IMG/VR virus record: IMGVR_UViG_3300032327_000348
Coordinates: 1-64,000 of that record
Strand: one strand, 5' to 3'
Source of the DNA: a virus
Taxonomy: Duplodnaviria; Caudoviricetes
Length of the DNA: 64,000 nt
Part shown: positions 10,849-21,428 of the stretch, in pieces
Position numbering within the stretch: position 1 is the first letter of the stretch
Layout of the letters: the number at the start of each line of letters is the position of its first letter
Notes under the pieces: model-generated
What the model saw: the letters and a program-made list of their open reading frames with translations, nothing else
Databases searched by the model: none
Told to the model about the DNA's origin: nothing
Translations under genes and position numbers: made by a program

Positions 10849-10861
10849 TTTGTTTTCCTAA

Positions 10862-13030
10862 TTATAATCTTCCGACAGCGATCTCAATTACGCCCTCGAT
10901 TCCGTCAAAGTTTTCTAATGCTTTGCCGATAACTGTTCCCATTTGAGGTGAACTACTTGGTCTAGCGAATCCATTCCCGCCTGAGACCATCATGTCGCCC
11001 TTACGAATCATACCACAAACTTTAGTTGGTACACGTCCTTGAAGGGCAAGTGCAACTGCAATTCCTTGACAGTTTGCGTTCATCGCATAAGCAGGGTCAG
11101 TAGAAACTACACCTGCAACTCTAGTTGTTCCATCTTCTGCAATAGTAACTTCTTTTTCGCCACCAAATTCTAAAACGGTGCCCGGCTCATACTCAGTATC
11201 TGCTTCATAATATTCAGCCAAGTCAGCATATGTAGCAGTTAATCGTGAACCGGTTGTCAATGTCCAATTACCAGTGATATTACCTGTTGTGGTATTTGCG
11301 CCAGTTGTCAATGTTGTTGCGCCAATTGTACCATTGTATGTTGGTAAATAATTAGCTACATTGCTGTTAGAATAAGATCCTGAGAAACTAATTGATACTC
11401 CATTGGCATAGTAATAGTTGTCTGTTTTAATACCTAATACACTAGCATTACCACTAGCAGAAACTACACCACCGGTAATTAAATTGCCACCTGTGACATT
11501 ACCGGTTGCAGTAATCAATCCACCTGTGCCTAAATTACCAACGTTAGCATTACCTGTAGTACTTAACTCACCGGCTGTTATTAAATTGCCACCTGTGATA
11601 TTACCAGTTGCAGTGATTAAGCCAGTAGTAGTTAAGTTGCCACCTGTGATATTACCGGTTGCAGTAATCAATCCACCTGTGCCTAAATTACCAACATTAG
11701 CATTACCTGTAGTACTTAACTCGCCGGATGTTGTTAAGTTGCCACCTGTGATATTACCAGTTGCAGTAATCAATCCAACCGTACCTAAATTACCAACATT
11801 AGCATTACCTGATACCGACAAGCTGGTTAGTATACCAACACTTGTAATATTAGGTTGTGCATTAGTTACAACGGTACCTGATGTTGTAGCATTTCCAGAA
11901 ACATTACCTATAATATTAGCAACAACCGTTCCTGAAATAATAACTGAAGTTGCATTAGCACTTATAGTTTGATCACCAATGTATATTGTACTACCAGCCA
12001 AATATAAATCATTGAATCGATTTGTATTATTACCTAAATTATATGTTATATTTGCGTTAGGTGTTACATTTCCACCAACTACCAAACCGGTCAATGTTCC
12101 TACTGTTGTAATATTAGGTTGTGAATGTGTTGTTAGTGTTCCGGTAATAAAATTAGCGTTTACTAAATTTCCACCATTAACATTACTTGCATTAAAGTTG
12201 CCTTCTAAGGTAACAAGATTACCACCGGTTATAGTGAAATTAGCAGAACCATTAAGAACACCTGAATTATTAAATTGAATAGTATTTACTGATCCGCCTG
12301 CATTGGATACTCCGCTGCCACTTATTAGTGCAGTGGCGATTCCTGAATTGGTAGTATATGTTCCTAAATTTGTACCCACTACTGCATTTCCAGGATTCAA
12401 ATCTGATGTTGTGTATAATTCTACATTTCCGGTTGTAGAAAAATCAGTTGTTACTTTTACATAAAGAGTTTGTCCATTGACAATACTATCAGCATTAGCA
12501 GCATTTGCACCACTAATAGTAACTGCTAAGCCGTTAGTATATGGAGTAGTATTTGCTACGGTCATGATTACCGGGGTCGCATTAGATAATGCTGTTATAA
12601 CAGTTCTTAGTGTGCCTTTACTAGTCCAAGCAACATTACCGGCACCGTCTGTTTCCAATACATAACCAGTTGCACCACCGGTCATTTTAATATTGCCAAC
12701 ATCACCTAAATCAAGTTTGAAGTTAGCGTTAGCGGTAAGAATATCAGTACTAGGCCAATTTTCCCATGTGTTTGTAGTAGAAACATAGGTTAATAATTGA
12801 CCATTTGTAGCATTGCTGATGTTGAAATTTCCACCATCACTTCCATCAATTTGACTGAAGCTGATATTAGAGTATGAAGTTAATACTTCAATATTCTCGT
12901 TGGGGGTAGTCTTACCAATAAACAATCGTTTGGCGTCGGTTGCCCAACCAAATTGTGCTTCGTCAAGCTGTGGCAAATCGACCAGATTACCTGATCGTTG
13001 CTGTATTTTTGAGATTTGAATGATTGCCAT
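10862..13030 (-). CDS. Tail fibre-like protein with 15-aa repeats and C-terminal intramolecular-chaperone-type domain
   Basis: N-term QISKIQQRSG..LPQL..FGWATD; C-term YADLAEYY...GVVSTDPAYAMN...GRVP..KGD. Confidence 0.75.
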   Translation of the reverse strand: MAIIQISKIQQRSGNLVDLPQLDEAQFGWATDAKRLFIGKTTPNENIEVLTSYSNISFSQIDGSDGGNFNISNATNGQLLTYVSTTNTWENWPSTDILTANANFKLDLGDVGNIKMTGGATGYVLETDGAGNVAWTSKGTLRTVITALSNATPVIMTVANTTPYTNGLAVTISGANAANADSIVNGQTLYVKVTTDFSTTGNVELYTTSDLNPGNAVVGTNLGTYTTNSGIATALISGSGVSNAGGSVNTIQFNNSGVLNGSANFTITGGNLVTLEGNFNASNVNGGNLVNANFITGTLTTHSQPNITTVGTLTGLVVGGNVTPNANITYNLGNNTNRFNDLYLAGSTIYIGDQTISANATSVIISGTVVANIIGNVSGNATTSGTVVTNAQPNITSVGILTSLSVSGNANVGNLGTVGLITATGNITGGNLTTSGELSTTGNANVGNLGTGGLITATGNITGGNLTTTGLITATGNITGGNLITAGELSTTGNANVGNLGTGGLITATGNVTGGNLITGGVVSASGNASVLGIKTDNYYYANGVSISFSGSYSNSNVANYLPTYNGTIGATTLTTGANTTTGNITGNWTLTTGSRLTATYADLAEYYEADTEYEPGTVLEFGGEKEVTIAEDGTTRVAGVVSTDPAYAMNANCQGIAVALALQGRVPTKVCGMIRKGDMMVSGGNGFARPSSSPQMGTVIGKALENFDGIEGVIEIAVGRL
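11430..11815 (-). repeat. Degenerate 45-bp (15-aa) tandem coding repeats GN(I/V)TGGNL / GNANVGNLG
   Basis: CCACCTGTGATATTACC and CCTAAATTACCAAC recur several times. Confidence 0.8.
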
Positions 13031-13073
13031 AAGTGTAATTCTTTGAAGATTTACATTTATTTATCAATTTTTG

Positions 13074-13760
13074 TTACAGGAACTGCATGTAGTATTGTTC
13101 AACTCGTTTGAACCAAACATCAGTGTATTTGTCAAACTCAGATCCTTCTAGGATAAATTCCTGATATACATTATCAGCAGAACACATAAAAATAACACCT
13201 TTACGTATCTTTGTCCCGTGTACTTCGTTGTGAGCATTAGCATAGGCTGCTAATTGAACAAAGTAATCATCAATCCATTCACGCTTTTTGGGCTTGTTAG
13301 TTTGTTTGTGATCCATGATAGCATCATCGCCGTCATGCACCCCTACTAAGTCTGTCGTCCCTGCATAAATTTTTGGATAATAGAGAGGAACTTCTGTACC
13401 CCAATATTCATTGCAGTTAACAAGACCTTGACTAATGATTGATTGGGCCATTTTATGGCTTTGCAAGCTATATGGATTGCTTCCGGGCTCATTGAGTACT
13501 CCTGTCTTAATGTAATCTTCAAGCCACTTGTGCATTCGTGTGCCACGGCCGGCGGCCTCAGTTGTTATTTCTTTTGCTTTTTGATGTCCTACACGATTGC
13601 GCCAGTTTTGTAATGCTTGCTTAGATTCTTCGCTTTTAGTTGCGTCTAGTATTGTAGTAACTGATGGTAATTTTTCCCCATCAGGCGTAGCATATTTGCG
13701 TTTGCCGTCTATCTCTACACGGCTCATAGGAACATAATTGAATTTAGTGGGATTGTACAT
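13074..13760 (-). CDS. PD-(D/E)XK exonuclease
   Basis: LPSVTTIL, RGTRMH, YAGTTDLV, IMDHKQ, QLAAYA. Confidence 0.85.
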   Translation of the reverse strand: MYNPTKFNYVPMSRVEIDGKRKYATPDGEKLPSVTTILDATKSEESKQALQNWRNRVGHQKAKEITTEAAGRGTRMHKWLEDYIKTGVLNEPGSNPYSLQSHKMAQSIISQGLVNCNEYWGTEVPLYYPKIYAGTTDLVGVHDGDDAIMDHKQTNKPKKREWIDDYFVQLAAYANAHNEVHGTKIRKGVIFMCSADNVYQEFILEGSEFDKYTDVWFKRVEQYYMQFL

Positions 13761-13768
13761 TATTGTCA

Positions 13769-13797
13769 ATTGTAGTTGATTATAGTACGATTGTCAA
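13769..13797 (-). promoter_or_regulatory. Early sigma70-type promoter
   Basis: TTGACA-17-TACAAT. Confidence 0.65.
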
Positions 13798-14118
13798 CTA
13801 TATTCGGAAACTCTTGCCGCACCCACAACGGTCACGCTCATTTGGGTTGTTAAATTCAAAGCCTTCGTTTAATCCATTACGGACAAAATCAATTTCTAAT
13901 CCTTGAACATATGCGCTACTTTTTGGATCTACAAATAATGCACATCCTTCACATTCAACTTTGATATCGCTTTCGATGGCATTATCAACAAATTCTAATA
14001 CATAGGCTAAACCTGAGCAACCCGTAGTTTTTACACCAATACGAATTCCCAGGCCTTTGCCACGTTTTTGAATTTGTTGTCTTACTTTATTACTTGCTTT
14101 TTCTGTTAACGTTATCAT
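13798..14118 (-). CDS. iscA: A-type Fe-S cluster carrier (IscA/HesB)
   Basis: TTGCSGLAY and CGCGKSF motifs. Confidence 0.92.
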   Translation of the reverse strand: MITLTEKASNKVRQQIQKRGKGLGIRIGVKTTGCSGLAYVLEFVDNAIESDIKVECEGCALFVDPKSSAYVQGLEIDFVRNGLNEGFEFNNPNERDRCGCGKSFRI

Positions 14119-14435
14119 TTTAATGTGTTTTTAGCCATTTGCTGTACAATCTTTTTATTTTCATCAGGTGCTTGTTCGCCGGCTTCTGATTGACCTTTAA
14201 ACACTACATTATCAGATTGAATGTTGGTAATGTATTTGTTTAATGGAGGATTTTTAATCATGTTGTACAAATCTGACTTATCAATAATGATGCCATTATC
14301 TCTATAGTATTGTAAGAGTTCCGGAACAGTCCAATCTGGTTTGACTTTACCAGAATCAATTTCGCCAACTAGTTGGCTGGTTGTTGCCACTAGACCAACT
14401 AATAGTGGACTAGAATCAAACTCAAAAAGTCTCAT
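14115..14435 (-). CDS. Hypothetical late protein (MRLFEF start)
   Basis: ATG just after upstream stop codon. Confidence 0.6.
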   Translation of the reverse strand: MRLFEFDSSPLLVGLVATTSQLVGEIDSGKVKPDWTVPELLQYYRDNGIIIDKSDLYNMIKNPPLNKYITNIQSDNVVFKGQSEAGEQAPDENKKIVQQMAKNTLK

Positions 14436-14436
14436 A

Positions 14437-15162
14437 TTATCTTTTGGCGCGGCCGACTGAACCCAAATCTTCAGGTTCTTCTTCAGCACCCATATTCAAG
14501 TCAACTTCTTCTTCGCCACCGTCTGGTAATTCTTCAGTAGCATCCATACTAAAATCTTCTTCACCGCCCAAATCGCCACCGATGTCAGCACTCATATCAG
14601 CGCCTGCATCAAAAGCGGCTGCGCCACCTTGACCAGTGATGCCATTTACAGCTTCCTTCATAGTTGCTTGACTTTGTGTCAATGCAGCTTGCAATGAAGT
14701 CAATGCTTCTGTAGACTGTTGTTGGAATGCTGAACTCTCGTTAACACCAATCTCAGATTGAACTGAATCAACTAGTGCAGGTAGTTCTTTGACAATCATA
14801 TCGCTAACTTGCTCAACCATCTTTTGGATAGAGTCAACCATATCTTGTGCGGCTAGAATAGTCTGTGACTTTTCTACTTCTTCGTTTTCAACAACGATGC
14901 GAGGACGTTGTGTGCTTAAGTAAGCAAACTGCTTGCTCAATGCTTGTTCCATAAAAACTAGTTTCATGTATGAACTGTTTCCAGTACTTTCATAGAACTG
15001 GTTTGATGCTTTTGATTCACTCATCAAACCGCGAACTTTATTAAGCATTTTACTTACTTGTGCGTAAGACATTCTGCTAACATCAATGGATGTACCATAA
15101 TGTTCTTTCAATGCTCTTTGAGCACTGTATACTGGTTGTTTTTCAAAATCTGTTAATTTCAT
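14437..15162 (-). CDS. Putative head core/scaffold-like protein with acidic tail
   Basis: Late promoter; helical N-part, D/E/G-rich C-terminus. Confidence 0.5.
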   Translation of the reverse strand: MKLTDFEKQPVYSAQRALKEHYGTSIDVSRMSYAQVSKMLNKVRGLMSESKASNQFYESTGNSSYMKLVFMEQALSKQFAYLSTQRPRIVVENEEVEKSQTILAAQDMVDSIQKMVEQVSDMIVKELPALVDSVQSEIGVNESSAFQQQSTEALTSLQAALTQSQATMKEAVNGITGQGGAAAFDAGADMSADIGGDLGGEEDFSMDATEELPDGGEEEVDLNMGAEEEPEDLGSVGRAKR

Positions 15163-15208
15163 AGTTGTGGTTCCAAATACTAATGTTAAGTATTTATCAT
15201 TTTTGGAT

Positions 15209-15694
15209 TTATTGTTCGGTTTTTAATTTAAACTTTTGCTTTTGCCAATAATCAGATTGCCATATATAACTTGCTAATTCCTGGCACATCAAACTGCGTC
15301 TAAACTTATCTTCATTTAATTTTGCCAAAAATATCAATTTATCATCTGTTTTTGTTGATTTTTTAAGCAACCTTTTATGTATGTTTATTTGCACTTCTTC
15401 ATTTGATATACCCTGATCTAATGTTATTATTCGTTTAGCTGATACATATTTACCACTTTTATCAAAAATACACCAACAGATTGCATTTCTAGTACTAGAA
15501 AAAGAATGTACCAAATCTCCATTGGTTAAAAAAACATCAACATCAGTTTTAGATTTTTTTACAATATGGTATTTTTTAAACACAATATAATTATCAGAAG
15601 ATGTTTCAAGTATAGATATATCCTGCAATGCATTTATTTCTTTTTTAGAAATTATCCTGTTAAACTTATTTTCAAGCTCAATATCATTCATCAT
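15209..15694 (-). CDS. Hypothetical protein
   Basis: ORF in operon. Confidence 0.55.
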   Translation of the reverse strand: MMNDIELENKFNRIISKKEINALQDISILETSSDNYIVFKKYHIVKKSKTDVDVFLTNGDLVHSFSSTRNAICWCIFDKSGKYVSAKRIITLDQGISNEEVQINIHKRLLKKSTKTDDKLIFLAKLNEDKFRRSLMCQELASYIWQSDYWQKQKFKLKTEQ

Positions 15695-16139
15695 TTTCTT
15701 TTACCTCAAAATAAATATTTCGTAATTCATCAGAACTATCTAAAAATCCTGGCAATTTGTTCCATGAAGTGTGTGTATTAATCATAGGAACTCGGTCACA
15801 ATCCATATACAATGCACCCAATTCGGTTATACCATTATTAAAAACGCTAGGATGTTGAATAGTAAAATCAAAAGTCCAGCAGTTTATTTCAGTATCGTTT
15901 TCAAATAAGAATCCAAAATTATCAAACTCATTTAGTTTAATTTTAGTAACAGTAGGGGTGGTAATATCTTCTGGTTGACTACGTAATGATACTGCCTGAA
16001 CAATTGTATCAAAATTACATTGAGTATTTCTTTTATGTAGCCATACCTCAGTATCGTCATCTAAGCCAGGACGGCTTCTATTTACGATTCCGGTTTGGGT
16101 AATATCAAACAACGTATAGCAACTTACTTTAAAACTCAT
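15684..16139 (-). CDS. Hypothetical protein
   Basis: ORF after CTAAATAC motif. Confidence 0.55.
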   Translation of the reverse strand: MSFKVSCYTLFDITQTGIVNRSRPGLDDDTEVWLHKRNTQCNFDTIVQAVSLRSQPEDITTPTVTKIKLNEFDNFGFLFENDTEINCWTFDFTIQHPSVFNNGITELGALYMDCDRVPMINTHTSWNKLPGFLDSSDELRNIYFEVKENDE

Positions 16140-16155
16140 ACTTGTATTTAGAGGC

Positions 16156-16185
16156 AAAAAAAATCCGAGAATAAATCTCGGATTT
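16156..16185 (-). terminator. Intrinsic terminator
   Basis: AAATCCGAGA/TCTCGGATTT stem followed by U-tract. Confidence 0.75.
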
Positions 16186-16205
16186 CTTTGAAGTTAAACT
16201 TCTGA

Positions 16206-16628
16206 TTAGCTTGCGCTTGTAGCTGTAGAAGCTAAACGGAAACCAACGTTAGTTACTGTAGCACCAGAAAGGTCATAACCATTAACTGTACCTAAAGCAC
16301 GAACTTGTGCTTGTAGTGTAGCTGCTGTATATGCGCCAACTGGATAAACTGCAACAGACATGTTTGTAACGTTTGCTGTAGCTGCAACAGAGTACATCAT
16401 AACTGTAGATAATTGTTCGATAGAAACTAAAACTTGTGCAACCATCTCGTCAACACCTAATTGTGTTGTAGGAGCAGCGCCTAAGTCAAAACCGAAGAAG
16501 TCCATTGCTGGACCGATAAAGTTAGTAGTTGTACCGTCTGCTGCTGTTGTAGAAGCTACTGGACCATTTTGTGTGTCAATTGCAAATACCGGTTGTGCAT
16601 CACCGTGTGTTCTTGTAAATCCTGCCAT
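16206..16628 (-). CDS. Small, probably abundant virion protein
   Basis: Own late promoter, strong RBS and terminator; A/T/G/V-rich. Confidence 0.6.
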   Translation of the reverse strand: MAGFTRTHGDAQPVFAIDTQNGPVASTTAADGTTTNFIGPAMDFFGFDLGAAPTTQLGVDEMVAQVLVSIEQLSTVMMYSVAATANVTNMSVAVYPVGAYTAATLQAQVRALGTVNGYDLSGATVTNVGFRLASTATSAS

Positions 16629-16713
16629 GATAATTTTCCTTTAAATTTTTGAGTCTCATATAGATACTCATGCATTTATTTATGCTTGATAGAAAAAAAT
16701 CCAGGATTTGGGC

Positions 16714-17859
16714 TTATCTTCCGGCTAAATTTTGACGGCTAAAACCCATTCTATCTATAAATTTAAGTCCATTACTGACAAAACCTTCTTGAGTTTGTGT
16801 ACCATTATCTAGGTAACCCTTGACAGGGCTTGATTCTGCGGCTTTATTTAGTTGGTCTACTATAGCCATTTTTAGTTGATATAAGCTGACCCATATAGTA
16901 AATGCACCAATTAGTCCTTCTTTGTTCGCTTCTAAATGTTGTGTCAACTTAGTTCGCATAACATCTGTCATTGGACGACTATTAAAGTATTCCATAAATC
17001 CATCTACTAGATTATTCAAATCACCTGCAACAATCTTTTTATTGATGTAAGTTGTAAATAGTCCTCTAAAAGTAGTAGCTGCCTGCGGTGCAGTAGTCAA
17101 TAATTTATCCACTGCAGGACCATACTTATTAATATTGGATTGTGCCTGATTGACTAGTTTACTGCTTATCTTTAATTTGGGAGTAATAGGCATCTTAGCA
17201 GGAACAATAGCTACATTGCTATTGTTTTTTAAAGAACCAATACCACCGTCTAATGGTGTAGCTTCATCTGTTGTAGCGGCGTTTGGAGGAATAAATTGAT
17301 GCACTACAATAGCAGCTTGTTTACCTTTAAACAATTGCCCCACTTCACTGTTGGCTTCAACTGTATATGCAATGCCATTAGGGTTAGCTTTGAATTTGTA
17401 CATACCGTTTTGATCTTGCAGTGGCTGACTGAACAGTAGATCACCCCAGTAGTAACCTTTTCCATTATCTGCTTTTTCTAACCCTGGCCAAATTTCAGCA
17501 ATTAACTGATGTAAACCTGAACGGTCAACCCCGCGGGCTTGGTCGTATTGAACAAATTGCTCGGGACTGAATACTTGGCGACCAGATAAGTCTTTCTTAT
17601 TGAACATGTGCTTGTCCATAATACTGAACTTACCGTTTGTTCCACGACCAAAAATTAATGCAGGATATCCATCCCATTTGATTGTAACTGTTGCTGGATT
17701 TTTAACTGTATCCACTGACGCTTGTACAGCACGATTTGCTCCTTGTGCACCGTCTAAAAATATCAAATCTTCAGGATGGTCTAAATGCCCTTTAGCTTCT
17801 GTAATGGATAATTTATCAATTTTAGACTTTAATATTGCTAGGGATTCAGATAGGCTCAT
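16714..17859 (-). CDS. Conserved phage protein with ligase-like nucleotidyltransferase motifs
   Basis: TIKWDG (KxDG), GDLLF, EGFV...LKF. Confidence 0.55.
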   Translation of the reverse strand: MSLSESLAILKSKIDKLSITEAKGHLDHPEDLIFLDGAQGANRAVQASVDTVKNPATVTIKWDGYPALIFGRGTNGKFSIMDKHMFNKKDLSGRQVFSPEQFVQYDQARGVDRSGLHQLIAEIWPGLEKADNGKGYYWGDLLFSQPLQDQNGMYKFKANPNGIAYTVEANSEVGQLFKGKQAAIVVHQFIPPNAATTDEATPLDGGIGSLKNNSNVAIVPAKMPITPKLKISSKLVNQAQSNINKYGPAVDKLLTTAPQAATTFRGLFTTYINKKIVAGDLNNLVDGFMEYFNSRPMTDVMRTKLTQHLEANKEGLIGAFTIWVSLYQLKMAIVDQLNKAAESSPVKGYLDNGTQTQEGFVSNGLKFIDRMGFSRQNLAGR

Positions 17860-18100
17860 TTTTACTGTTCTTTTTTAGTGACTTGGCAAATCTACTCTGA
17901 TCCTTACTTTTGATAGCACTTAATAGTTTGCGCTCTAGAATCTCAGCCTGCGCAGGGGTATAATGTTTGTTAATCATTTCTAGTAAATTAATAGCACTGG
18001 TAATGATATTATGGCCACGGCTTTCAATAATGTGAGTGGTATCACGATTATTACCAATGGATTCTAGTTCTTCCAAAAGGCTGCGAGTTTGTTTTTGCAT
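17846..18100 (-). CDS. Hypothetical protein
   Basis: ORF after ATAAATAC. Confidence 0.6.
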   Translation of the reverse strand: MQKQTRSLLEELESIGNNRDTTHIIESRGHNIITSAINLLEMINKHYTPAQAEILERKLLSAIKSKDQSRFAKSLKKNSKNEPI

Positions 18101-18116
18101 GATATAGTATTTATTC

Positions 18117-19577
18117 TTATTTCTTCAAACCGTTGAGTAAACTTCTTAGTTTTGATCCTTGCACATCCACTACAACTTTCTTGTTCAGTGGTTCTAACAC
18201 CTCCCCAGTAGCTTGGTCAATGATAGGTTCTGTAGAAACTAGTGTAGATTGTGCTTTTACTTGATTCATAATATCCGTTGGACTAGGGGCAGGCCTATAT
18301 TTTGCTTGCTGATCTGCATATCCATCAGGATCACTGTCACTAATACGCATTGTTTCAATGTCGTAGTCTAAGTCAATCTTCATGCCTACGCCAGTAGAAC
18401 TACGTGACTTCATACACTGAATCTGATACTTACCGCGCTCACGCATACTACGACTTGTAAAGATACCAAACACGTTATCTGCTGTGTTAATTTTACTAAT
18501 ACCACCTGCAATGTGACTATGATCGAATTCGATTTCATCAACTGCACTACGATTTAATTGCGAAGCAGTTACCAACAATATACCCATCTCTTTTGCTAAG
18601 TTACGTAATTCTTCTGCTACATATTTGTCTTTAATGAACTGGTCATTAGGATTAACTTTTACAGAAACAGGCATAACCAAATCTAAGTAGTCAACCATTA
18701 CAAAGTCAATTTTAATACCTGTTTGAATTTGCACTTCTTTCAAGTAAGCACGAATATCATTTACATTTGATTGTGCAGGCAATCCCTTAACACGATACTT
18801 ACCTGAACGTTTTCCCACCATCTTAACCTTAAGATCGGTTGTATCGATGTCTTTACGAATTGACTTTGTACCCATTTGTGTCAACATAGCATCAGTACGC
18901 AATGATGTAAGTTCCTCACTCAGTTCTAGTGTGATATAGACACCGCTCATGCCGGCTTGCAACCAGTTTAGTGCAATGTTCATCATAACAAGAGATTTAC
19001 CAGAACCAGAACCACCTGCAAAGATGTTGAGTTCACCTCGACTCATACCACCATACAAGATACGATCCATCTGTGGCCAGCCTGTACTAACTTGTCCGCC
19101 TGCATTGAAGTATTTGTTGATACGTGCTTTAGGGTCAAAGAAGTAATCTGTACCCATGTCTCGTTGCAAACTAATCTGTACTGCATCTTTGATTAGTTTC
19201 TCAACAGGGCTAAAGTCACCTTTCTCTAAAAGATCGGCAGCTTTAAGAATAGCACGTTCTAATTCTTGCCGTTTTGTGAATGCTTCAAATGCGTCAAAGA
19301 ACCATTCATTGTGCCCTTCATTTAAGTCAGGGATAGGTTCAATCTCTACCCCTGTCATTGCTTTAATCTGAGTTACATCAGGCAAAACTTTATATCTGTC
19401 AGTGTGTTCTTTGAACATATCTGCGACCGGCCGCAAACTCTTATCAAAATTTTCACTGTTCATAATGTTCATAACCCGAGTATATAACTCAGCGTTAGTC
19501 ATCATCATTCTTAAAAAAAGCTTTTGTACATCTGGATTGTAATCAATTTGCTTTTTAGAATCCGTTTTGTTTACCAA
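18117..19577 (-). CDS. gp41: DnaB-like replicative helicase (gp41)
   Basis: GGSGSGKS, VDYLDL, TASQLNR, KSR. Confidence 0.92.
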   Translation of the reverse strand: MVNKTDSKKQIDYNPDVQKLFLRMMMTNAELYTRVMNIMNSENFDKSLRPVADMFKEHTDRYKVLPDVTQIKAMTGVEIEPIPDLNEGHNEWFFDAFEAFTKRQELERAILKAADLLEKGDFSPVEKLIKDAVQISLQRDMGTDYFFDPKARINKYFNAGGQVSTGWPQMDRILYGGMSRGELNIFAGGSGSGKSLVMMNIALNWLQAGMSGVYITLELSEELTSLRTDAMLTQMGTKSIRKDIDTTDLKVKMVGKRSGKYRVKGLPAQSNVNDIRAYLKEVQIQTGIKIDFVMVDYLDLVMPVSVKVNPNDQFIKDKYVAEELRNLAKEMGILLVTASQLNRSAVDEIEFDHSHIAGGISKINTADNVFGIFTSRSMRERGKYQIQCMKSRSSTGVGMKIDLDYDIETMRISDSDPDGYADQQAKYRPAPSPTDIMNQVKAQSTLVSTEPIIDQATGEVLEPLNKKVVVDVQGSKLRSLLNGLKK

Positions 19578-20535
19578 TTTTTTTCCTTCGCATTTCTATT
19601 TTAATTTTACTCATTGTAGCAGATTGTAATATACTAAGTAAAGTAGCCAATCTACCATATTTGACAATAGCATCGTTGACATCTTTTACATCACTGTCCC
19701 AATATGGTATGCTTACACTATATCCTAATTGAATTGCCCTCTCGCAGGAATCAAATCCTGTTTTATCACGATCTGGAACAAAAATGATTTGTCTGTTAAG
19801 TTGTGATAATAGTTCTGCTTGGTCATCATTAATCGTATTATGAGTTAAAGCACAAGCACCTAGACTCAATGCATCAAAGATGCCTTCAACTAGTATGCAA
19901 ACACTTTGATTAGGTTGTTGAAAATCATAACCAAATACATAACCGGGCTGTTGTTCGTTGATATATTTCGGAATCTTGTTATCTAAGAACCTACTAGTAT
20001 GACCAACAATCTTATTTTTGTATGTATAGGGTATGATGATGCGATTTCCCATGCGACCTGATTCGTTGGGAGTGACCATGAAGGGATATTCACTACTACT
20101 TATACCCCTCGCCTCTAGATAGTCTACATATACTTTGTGTAGGGGGTTATTTTTATCAAGTAGTTCTGCATCTTCAGGTAATTTGTGTTCATCAAACTTG
20201 ATCTTAAGTTTTTTCTTAGGCTGAGTGAAGTCTAATATATCTTTTTGTTGTAAACTTTCTAAACTCCACCTGCTAACTTGAGTATCGTCAACCCCACACC
20301 AAGTTAATAATTGCCTTGCATTCTTTGTTAAACTTTTACCTAAACTGAAACCACACTTGAACCCACAATTAAAACAATGGTATGACCAATTTGTTTGCCC
20401 GTCAAATTTTATACCGCCTCTACTTCTAGTATCGGTTTTATGACCACGATGGCTACAACATACAGCATTAAAACTGTGCCATTGACCTTGAGTGAGTTTT
20501 TTCTTACCGGGAATTATTGACAGGATATCAAACAT
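19555..20535 (-). CDS. gp61: DNA primase (gp61-like)
   Basis: Zn finger HCFNCG; TOPRIM VEGIFDA, PDRDKTG, KDVND. Confidence 0.9.
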   Translation of the reverse strand: MFDILSIIPGKKKLTQGQWHSFNAVCCSHRGHKTDTRSRGGIKFDGQTNWSYHCFNCGFKCGFSLGKSLTKNARQLLTWCGVDDTQVSRWSLESLQQKDILDFTQPKKKLKIKFDEHKLPEDAELLDKNNPLHKVYVDYLEARGISSSEYPFMVTPNESGRMGNRIIIPYTYKNKIVGHTSRFLDNKIPKYINEQQPGYVFGYDFQQPNQSVCILVEGIFDALSLGACALTHNTINDDQAELLSQLNRQIIFVPDRDKTGFDSCERAIQLGYSVSIPYWDSDVKDVNDAIVKYGRLATLLSILQSATMSKIKIEMRRKKIGKQNGF

Positions 20536-20573
20536 TTAGATAGTATAACACAAATGTGTCACACAATCAATAC

Positions 20574-21362
20574 TTATCTTGCTAATATATTGGTTACTGC
20601 GCCCGCATTGCTTACAAAGCCAACACGAATAAATGGGTGGAATCCATTTATATTATAATAGAATGTATCTGTTGTTTCAGTATAATTATATATTGTACTA
20701 ATCGGATACCAATCGGTATTACCAATGGTAGAACCTTCAATCAATACATTACCATAGAAGTCGGTATATGTGGCTTGTAGTGTTAAGGTAGGATTATCAC
20801 TTGTGGTATACACACTAGTGTAATAAGCTACCGAGTTAGAATCGGGAACATATTCGCCGTCAGGTGAATACCAATTTGGATTAGGATATGCTTGACCGGT
20901 AGGAATAGTTATTTCATTACTAGGAACAAAACTAGGTAATATGCTATTAACAATATTCATATCGCCCCGTCCACCTGCATTTTGATCTACAAATACAGGA
21001 TAATCAAATGATCCTACGGGAATTTCTAATGTATAGTAACATTTTTGTGCTTGAATTTCTTCTAATTCTCCGGGATCTAACATTAATGCAGCAATACCCG
21101 TCGCACCTAATTGAATAGTAAGTGCTTTTCTAATAAGGACCGTAGTTCCCGTAGCATTTAATATTCTACAAGAAATTTCTTTACCTGTGATATTAACAGG
21201 TTTTTGTTCCTGATTTAAGAATTGAAATTGAATTTGATTGTCTACACCTTTGTGTAGTGTAAGTGGCTTGGCATACTGGGGCATATAACTCCTAGGGGAA
21301 TTTCCTGATAAAAGAATAACGATTTGACGTTGGGTATAAACGAATACTTGAGTTGAATACAT
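20574..21362 (-). CDS. Hypothetical late/structural protein
   Basis: Late promoter; beta-rich. Confidence 0.55.
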   Translation of the reverse strand: MYSTQVFVYTQRQIVILLSGNSPRSYMPQYAKPLTLHKGVDNQIQFQFLNQEQKPVNITGKEISCRILNATGTTVLIRKALTIQLGATGIAALMLDPGELEEIQAQKCYYTLEIPVGSFDYPVFVDQNAGGRGDMNIVNSILPSFVPSNEITIPTGQAYPNPNWYSPDGEYVPDSNSVAYYTSVYTTSDNPTLTLQATYTDFYGNVLIEGSTIGNTDWYPISTIYNYTETTDTFYYNINGFHPFIRVGFVSNAGAVTNILAR

Positions 21363-21428
21363 AACGATATTTATCAAAATATATTACCAACTCACCCGAT
21401 GATAAATATTTCGGTCACAAGAATAATA

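Noticed and set aside
9549-12665. Long plus-strand ORFs rich in V/P/A/L
   Set aside because: Antisense shadows of G/N/T-rich structural genes
13074-13760. Cas4 / CRISPR association
   Set aside because: Lacks the four-Cys Fe-S motif; no array or cas genes in the window
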